DNA of 64,000 nt from Nemertoderma westbladi (lineage: Eukaryota > Animalia > Xenacoelomorpha), in contig JAUCBJ010002763.1 in the NCBI GenBank assembly GCA_032718475.1, positions 1 through 64,000 on the forward strand, in the 5' to 3' direction. The translations under genes were made by a program, and so were the position numbers. The notes under the pieces are model-generated. The model was not told where the DNA came from, ran no database searches, and saw only the letters and a program-made list of their open reading frames with translations. Below are positions 51,460-64,000 of this stretch, in pieces. The first letter of the stretch is position 1. Each line of letters starts with the position of its first letter.

Positions 51460-52125
51460 TATTAGAAGTATGATTACATAATCATTGCTACTAGAGGGAA
51501 TACAACAGAGTTTATTGTTAGTTGTGAGGAGATGCGAGAGTTTTCGTCTGCCCTTTTGGCTCGACAACGCTCTAACCTCCTACCCATAGCCTAAGATCTA
51601 GGGTTTCTTTAATGACACGCTGTTTCTTATCTAAAATTTTTTTTTGCCGAAATAAAAACGAATTTGGGCTAAACTGGCTGTGAGTCTAAAATACTCACCT
51701 TTTGATCCCAAACTATTATCAGAAAATAAGCAATCGAGAGTTAGTAATAAATATAGGGGAGTCTATTATTTGACGTAACTTATTGAAACAAGACCGTGTA
51801 AAATTTAATTAAAATTTAAGAAAGGCTCGCGAGTCTTCCTTTCTCTTGTTTCTCTAATTTTAAGTCCCACCCGACTGTACCCTGAAATCTATTCACTGGA
51901 GAAAATTTTAAAAATTTTTCAAATCCAAATGGATTGTCTAAAATTTCGAAAATGTCTCAATATTGTGAGTTCCAAGTAGAATTCCATTTCTTATACCTAC
52001 AAATCCCGCTCCTATGTGACACATAAGGGTACGACCCTCAATGTTCACATATAAAGACAATGGAATTCTACCGCTGTCTTTACTACGGTGTACAGGTACG
52101 TGGAAATCTATTTGTAAACTCCTTA

Positions 52126-55100
52126 CTATTTACTAACATTTGTTGGAGACTTGTAATCTCCAGACTTGTTTCGCGTCTCTTCAAGAAGTATGAGACGTTG
52201 AGTCGGTCTGTCTACTGTACGACCGTCAATTGTCCGTACAGTCACAGTTCTTGTCACTCCATCCATAGATGGATGTGTGTCTAAAATTACACCTGTTATC
52301 CAGAAGCGTCTTTTTAAATTCACTTCTGCCAACAGCACATGATCTTCCGCTCTTAAAGCGCGAGTATTTTTGTACCAAGTTGTTCTGGTAGAAATAGAGG
52401 GCAAATAATGGTTTTGCCATATTTCCCAGAATTTGTTAGCTAGTAGTTGCGTGATTTTCCACGCTTTTCTACCGTAGCTATCGCCTTCTATTGGAATAGA
52501 AATAGGCGTTAATGTGGTCGGTGCCTGCATAAGCAGGTGTGCCGGTGTCAAAGCAAACTGGGATTGTTTGTCATCGGGTACTAATACTATTGGTCTAGTA
52601 TTTAGTATTGCCTCGATTTCAACAAACAATGTTGTCAGTTGGTCGTCTGTCAAGATGTGGTTTACTGGAATTACTTTTGCCATGGCTGTTTTTATAGATC
52701 TAATCAATCTCTCCCAGACTCCGCCTCTCCATGGACTGTCTGGAGGATTAAACTTCCAAACAATCTTGTAAGGACGTAGTTCGTTTGAGATTTGATCATG
52801 ATCTAATTTCTTAAAGGCTCTAGCAATTTCATTTCGAGCACCAACAAAGTTTGTACCTTGGTCTGAGTACAAGCATTTTACTAGTCCGCGTCTAGCGATA
52901 AATCGCCGCAATGCTAGTATAAAGGCGTTGGTGGAAAGATCCATCACACGTTCAATATGAACTGCCCTACTGGACATGCATGTGAAAATCAGTCCCCAGC
53001 GTTTCACTAGTATACGTCCACGTTTCGTATGTATGGGACCAAAGCAGTCAATTCCAGTCTCTGTGAAAGGTGGTCTGAATGCCTGTAGTCTTGCTTGTGG
53101 AAGTTCACTCAGTTCTTGGGTACTTATTCTAGAATGTACCTTCTTACAAATAATACACATACGCGTCACTGAACTTAACGCTTTACTGGGTCTAATTAAT
53201 ACAAATCTTGTACGTAAGTAGGAAAGACAGTGGTGTCTTCCAGCGTGTTTCAGATGTAAATGTGCGTCCAGTATCATTGCACGTTGTAATTCGTGATGTT
53301 GTGGTATTATTATTGGGTACCTAAAATCAGTATTAAAGTCAATGTTTTGAAGCCGAGATTTATGACAAATCAAGCCATTATAAATTATCGGACTCCAACT
53401 CAAAATTGGTGACGACTTGATTGGTTGACCTTGACTTATAGATGTGAATTCGCGCGCGAAATATCGCAATTGATAATGGCGAATTAATTTAATTTCACAT
53501 CTGTCAATCTCAGTCAATGTGAGTCGACGTGTAAAGTCGCGTTTGCCTTTAACGTACTGTACAAAACGTACAATCCACGCTAATTTTCGGCACGCGTTGG
53601 TCCAAGAATCTGTCAAATTTACAATACGGTCGACGTAAGTATTTGTGACGTCATCAGGTAAGTCAATGGAGAATTTGGAAGGTTTTGATTTACTAGATGG
53701 GCCCACGAGTCCGCCGGTAGGTATTCCCTTGTTGACTGTTGATCCGTCCGGGTCTACAAGTAATTTGTCCTTCTTCGTCTTCTTACCTTGATTGTCAGTA
53801 CTTTGTGTGTCGATCCCTAATGGTGGTTTTAACTCTATGGGATCACTGGGTTTCGGTAAACTTATTTTTCTGCCGATATTTATCCCAGGTCTCACCTTAG
53901 GTTGTAAGTTTGGTATGTCCCTTGAGCGTAAAGTAACACCTGTATTTACATTAGCGTAGGTACTACCCACATCTGTAATACATGAGGTTTCACTGTACTT
54001 ATGGTTAATCAAGGGTGTCAAGTTTGGTAGTTTGTCAATAGAAGGCCGCTCCAATAGGGAAACTACGGCTTTACTATGTGTCGCTACGTTACTAATGTCT
54101 GGTAGAACATCTTGTGAAATGTCTGGTAAAATGTTTCGCGGAACTTCCGGTGAAACGTCTAGTGACATGTCTGGCAAAATGTCTGGTTGACCGTCTAGTA
54201 ACGTGTCTGGTTGACCGTCTGGCGATACGTCTGGTAACATGTCTGGTTGACCGTCTGGCGATACGTCTGGTTGAGAAAGGCTCGCAAGTCTTCCTGCCCT
54301 AACTTTGTGAGTTATATTTTTCCATTTCGCCTTTGGTTTCTTCTTAAGTTTCGCCGTTGTCTTTTTCTTTGCTTTACCTTTCTTTGGTTTTTTAATTTCG
54401 GCGTCCTTAGGAAAAGTATTAGACTTGTTATCGTATAGTGGCGGCCAATGTTGTGTTGCTCTTTGTAAGAATTGTGGTCCGTGTTGCCAAAATTTCTTGT
54501 TTTCCGGTTTACAGAATTCTTCAGGCATCATTCCTCGCGACGCAATATCAGCTGGATTTTGTGGTCCGGGACAATGTCGCCAATCTTCTTTTATTGAACG
54601 GTCAAGAATTTCTGCACGACGGTTAGCTACGAATGTCTTGAATTCAAGTGTGTCGTTGTTTATATAAAATAAAACTAACGTCGCGTCAGTCCAATAAAAT
54701 ATCTGTAAACTTGACTGTAGTTCAGTCTGTATGAGGTTTACAATTGTCGTTGACAGAGTTGCGGCTTGTAGCTCAGCGCGTGGTGTCGTCATGTACTTAG
54801 TAGGCATTGTTTTAGCCTTAGAAGTAATGAGCGAAACATCAAACTCGTCTGAGTCTACTTGTCTGCGCAAATACGCTGTAACACCAAAGCCGTTGTCACT
54901 GGCGTCTGAAAAACAATGTAATTCTAAGTTGTCAGGAAATGTCGTCTGTAATGGAAAGTACACCCGGGGTATGGAATAATCCTCTAGCGAAGATAATTGC
55001 GCCTCCCAAGTCTTCCATAAGACCACTTGTTCGGATGAGATTGGTTCGTCCCATGTCAGTCCATCTTTCCAAATACTGCGCATATATATTCTTGCTTGCA

Positions 55101-58100
55101 GTATTATTGGGCTGATGAAACCTAATGGATCGAACAGTCTGCTTAGTTTCGACAAGCAAGACCTCTTTGTCAGAGAATCCCCTTCAGCGTCCAGTTTTAC
55201 TTTCACTCGAAAGTTGTCTGTGTTCGGGTCCCAAAATAGTCCCAACACCTTGGTCGTCGGCAGTGGTTCGAACTCTAAGTCAATGTCCCCACCCCCACGT
55301 TCAGTCGTTTCGAATGAATTTACTAATTCGGCACTGTTTGAGGCAAACTTAGTGAGGTTAAAACCTCCGCCTGCTAAACAGTCCCGTAATTGATGTGCTA
55401 CTGTTATAGCACGTTCTACTGTGTCACAACTTTGTAATCCATCATCCACATAAAAGTCTCGTTCTACGATCCGGATTACCTCTGGGTCATACATATGTTT
55501 CTGATCCCTAGCGGTCTGTTTTAGGGCGTACATAGTGCAGTTTGGGCTGTCCCTGGCACCGAAAACGCGAACTTGCATTTGGTAAGTCGCCGGTGGTTGA
55601 CTTAAGTCTCCATCCGGGTACCAGAGGAACCTCAAACTGTCTCTGTCTCGCTCTAACGCTCGCACTTGGTGAAACATCGCTTCTACGTCACAAGTAAATG
55701 CTACTTGGCGCTGACGGAAGCGCATAATCACCCCCATGAGATAATTATTCATGTTTGGTCCATCCATCAACTCACTGTTGAGAGACATTCCTTCAAACAG
55801 GGCCGCGCAGTCGTTAACTATGCGTACTTTATCAGGTTTGTCGGGGTGTCTCACGTAGTGATGTGGCAAATAGTATGTCTGGTCTGTCACAATCTCTGGG
55901 TTAGTCATTTTGATAGCGTATCCTTTTGTTAAATACGTTTCCATCTGAGTATTGTACTGCAGATGGGCTTTCTCGTCCTTCAATAAACGTTGTCGTATTG
56001 AGTGTAAGCGTCGTAAGGCTAGCGGATAATTATTGATAAGTTTAGGGCTTTGGCTACGCCATAGCATCCCTACCTCATAATGTCCGTCTTTTGTCTGGCG
56101 GATAGTATCTTCCATGATCTTCAAAGATTGTTTCTCTTGTTCCGACATACACGGTTCATATCTACCTGGTTCGGCTGTGTCTTGTTCCAACCACTTGATA
56201 GTTTTCTCTGTTAATTCTTTGTCTAATGTGGCTTGTTCCACTTGACAGTTCCTTAATGCGTCGTCATCGATATCGACGGGCATCACTAATGTTATTGGTG
56301 TAGATAGACTCGCAAGCCTTCCGGCGTTATCATCTGTCGTCGATGGAACCTCTGCCTGACTCCGCTTCTTCTCAATCTCTATACTAACCTTGTGGATAGG
56401 CTGCTTTCTGTGACTTATCGTATTAGCTACACACGTCGTACCTGTAACGTTGTCGTGTTTTGTCGAACGTAGTGTAGTATAGTCTATGTCAGGTGAAAAG
56501 GAATGAATCGAAGTTGTAGTTAGTAAACTACATGTACTTTGTACATCGTCTTCCTCATCACTTATATCCAGTGTGCGCACAGGCGCTCGAGTATACCACC
56601 CTATCGGAGTTCTACAGGCGTAAGCGTTTCCCGCTACGACTACCGATGGTCTGGTTTCCCACACTTGATGTAAGTTGAATTGGTCCGTCCCGATCAGCAT
56701 TGCTACCGACCTATAGTTGACAGGACATTCAGGTACACCAAGGTGTCTGAAATACTTACGGTCCTCTAAGGATTGCTCCGGCACTGGACCCAGTAGGTTA
56801 CTAAAGTCCTTGGTGGCCGCAAAAGTCAAATCCTTAAAAGGTAACAAAGACCTCTCCTTTTTGCTATGTTGCGATTTCGGAAGAAGAGTGTCCAAGTTTA
56901 ACTTAACTCATGTCACTGGTATTGCACGTTGTCCATGCATACTACTTACAGTGTACTTCACGTGCTTACCTTGTCTAAGGTCCGTCACTACATCAGCTAC
57001 CTTCTCATCCACGTAGCTGTGAGATGAGGCTGAATCTAGGATAGCGTAGATCCTTTTGCTCCCTTTTGTGCCTGTAATCTTAACGGGAATTACACTAAAT
57101 CCTTTTAGTTGATCAGGCGTCAGAAGAGCGATCGATGGTTGTTCGTCTCCAACTGAGTATATGTCGTCGTCTTCAGATTCTTCATCTGAAGACCCAGATT
57201 GCTCCGGAAAACAATCCCGAATATGCGTCACGAAGGTTGGTGTTGTTCTTGATTCTCGTGTTTTGTAGACAGTGTTACATTTCACTGCGGCTTCCGGGTG
57301 TTCCCTAGTGAAGCGTTTTGTCGGCGTATGGCTGTCTGTGTGGAGCAGACCGTCATGGTTGCGTCCACAGTAAGGACAGGTGTCCGTATTTGGGCAATCC
57401 TTGCGGACATGTCCATGTTGTGTACACCTCCAACAAGAATCTAACGGTCTTATTTGAAGCCGTCGTTCCTCTGAATTTAATTCGCGAAACAGATGACATC
57501 TCCTCAGCTGGTGATTGGTATACCGCTTATTAAGCCGCTCGCAGTATTGGCAACCGCTAAAGTCGGCATTCAGTTGTTGCCTGGTCTGTTTGATGCCAAT
57601 AGGTGCAGACACTTTACTACCGTTAGGAAATTGTCTTGTTTCTGTTGGTGTGGCGTAAGTGGCCGTCCTTGTGGATGTCGTCGGTTGTTTTTGTCTATTT
57701 GATGAAGGTAAGGTGATTCCTTCTGCTACGATGTGTTGGTCAGTGTAGTTAGATCTAGTCTCCACTACCGCTTCCCTGGATATTAATAAGTACACATCTT
57801 CCAGTTTCAAGAATCCACCTCTTTCCTCCCGCTGGTATTCGATTTTTCGCCACTCCCGACGAAGTCGATGATGTAGTCTTCCTATAATTTTTAATAGGAC
57901 TGTGGGAGTGTTCCCATAATCGAGTTGTCCAATAGATCTTAGTGTAGTGATAGCGTTTTTAATTTCGTCAGCTAATTTGAGTAAGTCGACGGGTTTTGTA
58001 ATAGCCCCCCCCTTACAGAGTTCCTCTATCACTGACTTGGCCATACTAACCGTACCTCCGTAGATTGAAGTTAAGCGATCGTATGCTAACTCGAAGGCAT

Positions 58101-60867
58101 CTGGTACATCGACAAAGGTCTCTGCCAAACGTTTGGGTTCTCCTGATAATGTTAGAAGCAGGTAATTAAACTTCTCCCTTGATGTAAAGGCGCACACAGA
58201 GATCTGAGATTCAATATAGTCTACGAAAGTGTGCCAATGTTTGGAGCTACCGGAAAACTTAGGTGGTTGTTGCACCGGTAGTCCTTGTCTAGCTGCGAAT
58301 TTAGCTATTTCCTCGGCAACGTTCAAAGTTTCGCGTCCTGGGTTGGCAATCTGGCTGGTGTTCTCTCTTCTAGGCGCTTTTCTTTGATACGATGTGTTTC
58401 TCGACGGTATTGTTCTTTGCGGAACTTTAGGATTTCTATTGTGTTCGAATTCGGAATTTCTCGAACTGTCGGTGTGAACTTCCTCCAAGCGTTCCTTGAT
58501 CTGGGCCAACTTGTTGACAACTGGTCTCAAAATGTCGGCAAATTGTTGGGTACTGATCGCATCCGTTGGTTGTAACGCCCTTTGTATTGGTGTATTTTGT
58601 GGAGGATTATCGATAAATGAATTATCTGAACGCTCACGCTTACATTCGTCGGCCGCTCCTGTTCTAAATACCTCGCGTTCCGGGTAATCCGACTCGCTTG
58701 AAGTACTACTGTCACCTGGATACGGTGGTCGACGTGCTCGTGTCCGTTGCGTCGTTCGAATTTTAACATTCCGTTTCGGAACATCGTCCGCTGGTCTCCG
58801 TTGTTCGGTAGGCTCGCAGGTCTTCCTCGAAGTCGTAGATTGCGATGTAAACTGGTTAAACTGGTTAAGCGGTCGCGTATCCACTGGTCTCCGTTGTTCG
58901 GTAGGCTCACAAGTCTTCCTCGAAGTCGTAGATTGCGATGTAAACTGATTAAACGGTCGCGTGTCCACTGTTCTCCGTTGTTCGGTAGGCTCACAAGTCT
59001 TCCTCGAAGTCGTAGATTGCGATGTAAACTGAACCGGTGGTCGAGTGACAGCGTTTGAATCTAAAGGCCTTGTAGGCCTAAACGTCATTGGGTACGTGTA
59101 GTGCGTAACGGGTTTTGGTGTCGAAGGTGGACTCACCTGTTTTGTCGTTAGTAGTGCAGGTCCGGTCAATAAACTACTACGATCGGTAATCGGTGGGTTA
59201 CTTACCTTGACTTTCAGAATAGGCGACGACGTTGCTCTTGGTGGTATAAACTTGTCCGGAATAACAAACCTGTGTTCCATCGCACCATGGATAGGAGAAA
59301 TATTACTACTACCCGTAATCGAAACAGGTTCCTTAGTCGTAACTGGTGCAAACATAGGAGTTACTTGAGGGAATCTTTGACATAAGTCTTTAACTAATTG
59401 TCTTTCTCGCCCAGGTGCCCCTACACTTCCTTCCTTCATTCGTTCCTGAATTTGGCGGTGCCTTACCTCTATCTGGTCCAAATCATGTCCGTCACGAGAT
59501 CTCATCGATCGATCGCGGGCTAGAAGATCCAGATTTTCCTCGGCTTTGGCTAGTTCTCTCGCCTTCCTTTCGAGTTCGAAATGAAGTTTAACTTCTTTCT
59601 CGCGTTGTTCCGTCTGTTGTTGTTGCGCCTCGAACTCCGCTTGTCGTATAGCTGATTGAGCCTTTATTTGCCGTTTTTTCATCTCAGCTCTTGCTTCCGA
59701 AACTCGCTTGTGTTCTTCCAACTCTGCTGCTCGTTGCTCTAAATCAGCTGCTGCTGCTCGTCGCTCCAACTCAGCTGCTGTCGCTTGTTGCGCAGCTGCT
59801 GCCGCTTGTCGTTCCAACTCAGCTGCTGACGCTTGTTGCGCTAACTCAGCTGCCGCTGTTCGCTGTGCTATTTCTAACTCCAACCTTTCCATCTCAGCCG
59901 CTTCCAACTCAGCTTGTTCTTGCAGATGAGAGATTCTCGCAACATTTGCAACGCGTAGTTTTTCTTCCTCTACCGCCGCTTGTACCGTTAACAGTTGAGT
60001 TTGTTCCTCAATTTCTCATTGTTGTCTATAGTGCTGTTGTTGCTGTCTAGAAATTTCTGACGTCACTATACTTACCTCGCCAATTTCGCTGCGAATACTC
60101 ACTAACGATTGGTCCAGTATTCCCGGTGCCGATTCGATTTGTACGGGTGAAGTTCCCCTCGTATATTCCGGCACGGTTTCCAAATCTCCGACGTCTTCGC
60201 CGCACATACGTAAGTGATCTGTCAGATGTTTCAATTGTCCATCCGGTCGGTACAGTTCCTGTTCTTCCTCAGGCTGTAATAACTCGTCGGAAACTGACTC
60301 ACCTAGCAACTGGTCCGCTTGTTCCTGTTGTATCTGTCTAACGGTCGTCTTAAACTGAATCAGTTTCTCCCTAGCGATCATTAATTTCTCGAGGATTCTA
60401 AACTGTGTGTCCATATCCTGTCTCTGTCTAGCTAGATCTTGTAGACCAATTAGATTATCTACAGACTTATGTACTTTACTCTGTACTCTAACCTGTAGGG
60501 TGTAGAACTCGAACCGAGACATCGGAGCGGTCAACTCGTCTAATATGCGTTGGCCTTCTCCAATACTCCTGGTAATATGCGCCATGTATCCTCCGACGCT
60601 TCTAACCACGCTTTCCTGGCCTCCTACTGAACTTACCATGTCCGTTTCTCTATGTCTCGGTTGCGGGACCGTTAGGAAATCCTCAGTCCTGCCGTCGCCT
60701 CGTACTACGGCATCCGGTACTCCCGTTGGATGTACTGGTGACGCGCACGGTGTAGGTTCGGTAGGCTCACGAGTCTTCCCCTGTGGTTCTTCCGCTTCTG
60801 ACTTCTCCGCGTCACATGAGTCATAGTCGGTTTGTGTATTCTTCGTATAGTCTTGTTTGTCACTCAT
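52126..60867 (-). CDS. BEL/Pao gag-pol polyprotein (about 2900 codons in one frame, interrupted by two TGA codons)
   Basis: The three listed ORFs share a frame; TGA occurs at 60016-60018 and 56908-56910. Gag: PPKFSG..W..F and triple Cys/His knuckles. Protease: ILDSAS. RT: DVEAMFHQV, FYVDD. RNase H/A17: FSDAS, PRAELQAA, WTDA, NPADIASRG. Integrase: HHCC, GIDCFGP, SDQGTNF, GGVWERL. Confidence 0.95.
58790..59030 (-). repeat. Three in-frame tandem repeats of 84-93 bp in gag (QFTSQSTTSRKTCEPTEQRR)
   Basis: Direct repeat at both DNA and protein level. Confidence 0.95.
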
Positions 60868-63800
60868 TTCGGTAGTTGTAAGTCAAGTAAAGTGAGTGTC
60901 AAAGTGTTACGGTATATGGCGCTGTATCCACATTATTAGTCGTTATACTGTATGCAGTATTAGTCCGTTATGCAGTATGCAATATTAGTCCGTTATACTG
61001 TACGTAATATTAGTCCGTTGTGCAGCATGATATTTTAGATAAGGCATAATAACGCAGTGGTATTTAGGTAGGGAAATCAAAACGCCCATATATTTGAAAC
61101 CATCCATTTTGTATAGTATGTAGCCCTACCTACGTAATTTTGTATTAGGATATATGTAGATAGTTCCAGGGTAGCGAGTTTATTCGGACCCTGGATTTTG
61201 TGCTTGCTGATATTAGTTTGATAGGGCTAGCATATAGGGATGCTATCCTGGCCATTCAGCAGCCAGAGACGTGAACCATTACCATATATGGTAATAATTT
61301 GAGCAATAGGGCTACAATCCGGCCTCCTTATTGGATTAACTGCTTCCAGGTTGGCCTAATGCTAGCATGGACTGGAGAGCCAATAGGAGAGCGATTGAGT
61401 CACCCTATTGCATCATCCCATCCGGATCACCTATAAATTGGCGGTGTGCCGGTAAAGCCTCACATGACACATCGATCTGTTCAACCTGTTTTACTGTTTT
61501 TCAATCAGTCACTGCTGTTGCACTTGCTGAGCTGTCTCTAATTTTGTATTAGGATATCGTATTTTCTGCAATTTGCTAATTTGATTAATTTCTTGAAATG
61601 ATTTGCTAGTGCGATTACTTGCTTGTGTTTCTCAATAATTCCTTCGATTACTGCTAATTACAATTGAACTATGATTTCTACTCTTTGATTAATGGTTCTA
61701 TGTGATTCTTTTCTGCGCAATAATCCTAAGGGATTTCTGAGACTGTCAGACTTTGTGATTTGCATGCGCCGCTACGGTAGCTATTAGCATCATGGAGGGC
61801 TAAGGTGCCAGTGGGCGGTGGGCGCATCGGGGGGTTGAGCGACTAGGAGAGAGCGGAGGATTCAAAGCGGGCAACGCTGGCCAGGGTCACCGTTGCGGGC
61901 GGGTATCTTGCACTGCGGCACGCAGACCAATCGCTGGTACAGTATCTAGGGGGCTGATGATCCAGGTTTTGTCTCTATTTAGTATTAGGGGGGCAGGAAT
62001 TGGGTTAGTTAGGAATCCTAGATGTACCCGGGAGAGGCCTGCGCGTATTACAACGTTGAGTGTGGAGTACGAGTAGTGAATTGCACAATTGTAAACTGTG
62101 ATTTCTAACGCTGATTGGTGTGTTATTGAAGTGTGCCTAAGATTACGAATGCTTAGATAGGCGCTCTTTTCCCTTTGATTGACTTCTATTTCTTAGCTAC
62201 AATAATTAGTTATTGATTAGGTCAAAGTAATACGGCAATTTAGGCTATTACTAGCAAAACCTGTTGCGTGATAAATTAGAATTACGTATTCTGGAACTCT
62301 TAGTAATTAGTACGCTGTTAAATATTTGTGACTGTAATTAATTAGTAAAAATTAAGAATTAGTACGCAGCATAGCGGAGAGTAGCTAAGGTAATAATTAG
62401 TGTACTGTAAACTATTCACGCTAAGCGGTTATTTGTATTAGCGGGCAATCAGCTAGAACGCACTATTCGGTACGCACGATACGCTAGTAGTTTTGCTGGC
62501 CTAAAGCCAGCCGCGGGCAGTTTTAGACTCGGGGTGGTATTATCCACGTAGAAACAGTTACTGTACCATTTTGATAATTTTAAATATTCTCGCATTCACA
62601 CATTACGTTAGGGAACCTCCAGTATTCGCGATTAGAAAGACGTAGGTAATAGCGTGCTTTAATAGTGATAAAATTAGGCGTAAGAATACTCTGAGTGCAA
62701 GGCCTCTCGCACTCGTCTTAAGTAAGCTTAGGGAGCCGACTCGGGTTTATTGTTTTGGTTATTCCTGCGTGGCTCATAGATTCGAACAGTTAGCTCTCTA
62801 TCGAGCAATCGGTAGAGAAAGGAACAAGCGATTTTGCAGGAGTTGTGTAAATTTAGTAAAATATATTAGTGGACGGCAGATTAGTGCCATCCAATGGTAA
62901 GTAGCGGTTTTGTATTTAGCAACCCTTACAATTTAGTAATAGCACGCTCCTGATCCCCTTTACTTAACAGTAGAGCAGTTTTTGTGTCTTATTGGATAGG
63001 CGAGAGCTTATTAGGTTGGCAGAAGGATATTAACGGGTATTGGTCTGTTCAACAGTTCTGCTGTTAGTATAGAGGTCGCGGTTGTTTATCACAAAGTGTC
63101 AAACTTACCGTATTTATATCAAAACGGTATTAATTACAGTCATATAAAATTAGCCTACCGGCCGATTTTATAGCAGATGGATAAAATTAGCCTCGCGGCC
63201 AATTTTACAGCAAATAAATGTCACGGAGTAAGTATATAATAAAATTAGCCTACCGGCCAATTTTACAACAAATAAATCAGATAACGATATACGTTATCAA
63301 AAGGTAGATTAAATACAATAATACGGACTAATTCAGCAATAAACAAAGAAATCATACGGAATGCATAAATACTTGAGACAGTGGAACCCACAATAATTTT
63401 AACTAATACGGTAATGCCTAACTTATTTATGCAACTTTTCGAACTCACCCCTCCAATGATTCTCCAGAAAAACAGATTCCCAGATACAAACCGGACGTGA
63501 ACCTTTCCGTTTCCAGCGTTGCGGACGAAGTGCGATTTTCCCAACCAAAGTTGTTGAGTTATCTATCTCCCAAACTTGCTAAACACGGTCTTGCTCTCGT
63601 TACAGTCTAGAAATGAGCTCTGAATCCTGAAAAACAAAAGAGTTAGGTTTTACTTTACGAAAATTTTGTACCGGTACAATATGGTATTTAAACCCTTTTA
63701 AACACCGGTATTCAATTCCAAAATATTTTACACGCGGTTCAAATCAAAATTTTATTTCAAAATTAGCACTTAGCTAATCAAATATAAACTTTTACCTCAA

Positions 63801-63902
63801 AATACAAAATTTTCAAATAACTTTAGTCCTACCGAACCGTAGTTCAGTAAAACATATTCCTACTAATTTAGGAAATATGTTAAATAATACACATATTCCT
63901 AC

Positions 63903-64000
63903 TATTTGGAAGAGACGTACCTAATACCTGTAATATCCTACTGTAAAGTTTGTGAATCAAATCATAATCCGACCTTCTCACCAAAACAGTAAACTCTAAG
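63903..64000 (-). repeat. Second copy of the terminal repeat (5' LTR or leader), truncated by the window edge
   Basis: Matches 47002-47099 with one substitution seen. Confidence 0.9.

Larger units (their letters stand above)
47002..64000 (-). mobile_element. Large BEL/Pao LTR retrotransposon (at least 17 kb; extends beyond the window)
   Basis: Direct repeat 47002-47099 versus 63903-64000; gag-pol domain order PR-RT-RNaseH-IN with BEL signatures; PPT at 49825-49842. Confidence 0.92.

Noticed and set aside
52514-60826. Many short plus-strand and alternate-frame ORFs over gag-pol
   Set aside because: Shadow ORFs of the long BEL coding sequence.

Overview
AT-rich, transposon-dense DNA, most likely from an invertebrate animal. 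The only clear host gene is on the minus strand and is mostly missed by the ORF track. I reconstructed 12 phase-compatible GT-AG exons between 45336 and 19136. They encode about 602 aa of tandem beta/gamma-crystallin Greek-key motifs, with a conserved Cys pair per four-motif unit; both gene ends lie outside what I could identify. Positions 1-14.7 kb hold a (GCCGA)n microsatellite and a head-to-tail array of about 10 non-autonomous Helitron2/Helentron (HINE/DINE-1-like) elements of two subTIR types, followed by an Ulp1/C48 protease ORF. The crystallin introns contain RTE-like and CR1/L2-like LINE remnants, nested MITEs, a Gypsy remnant and a 345-bp tandem repeat carrying type I hammerhead ribozymes. 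Positions 47-64 kb hold an unusually large BEL/Pao LTR retrotransposon. It has gag-pol with two in-frame TGA codons, an extra three-zinc-knuckle ORF, a very long LTR containing a Pol III tRNA-like unit, no recognisable tRNA primer-binding site, and a 16-nt motif repeated nine times independently of reading frame. All coordinates were read by eye and no database searches were run.
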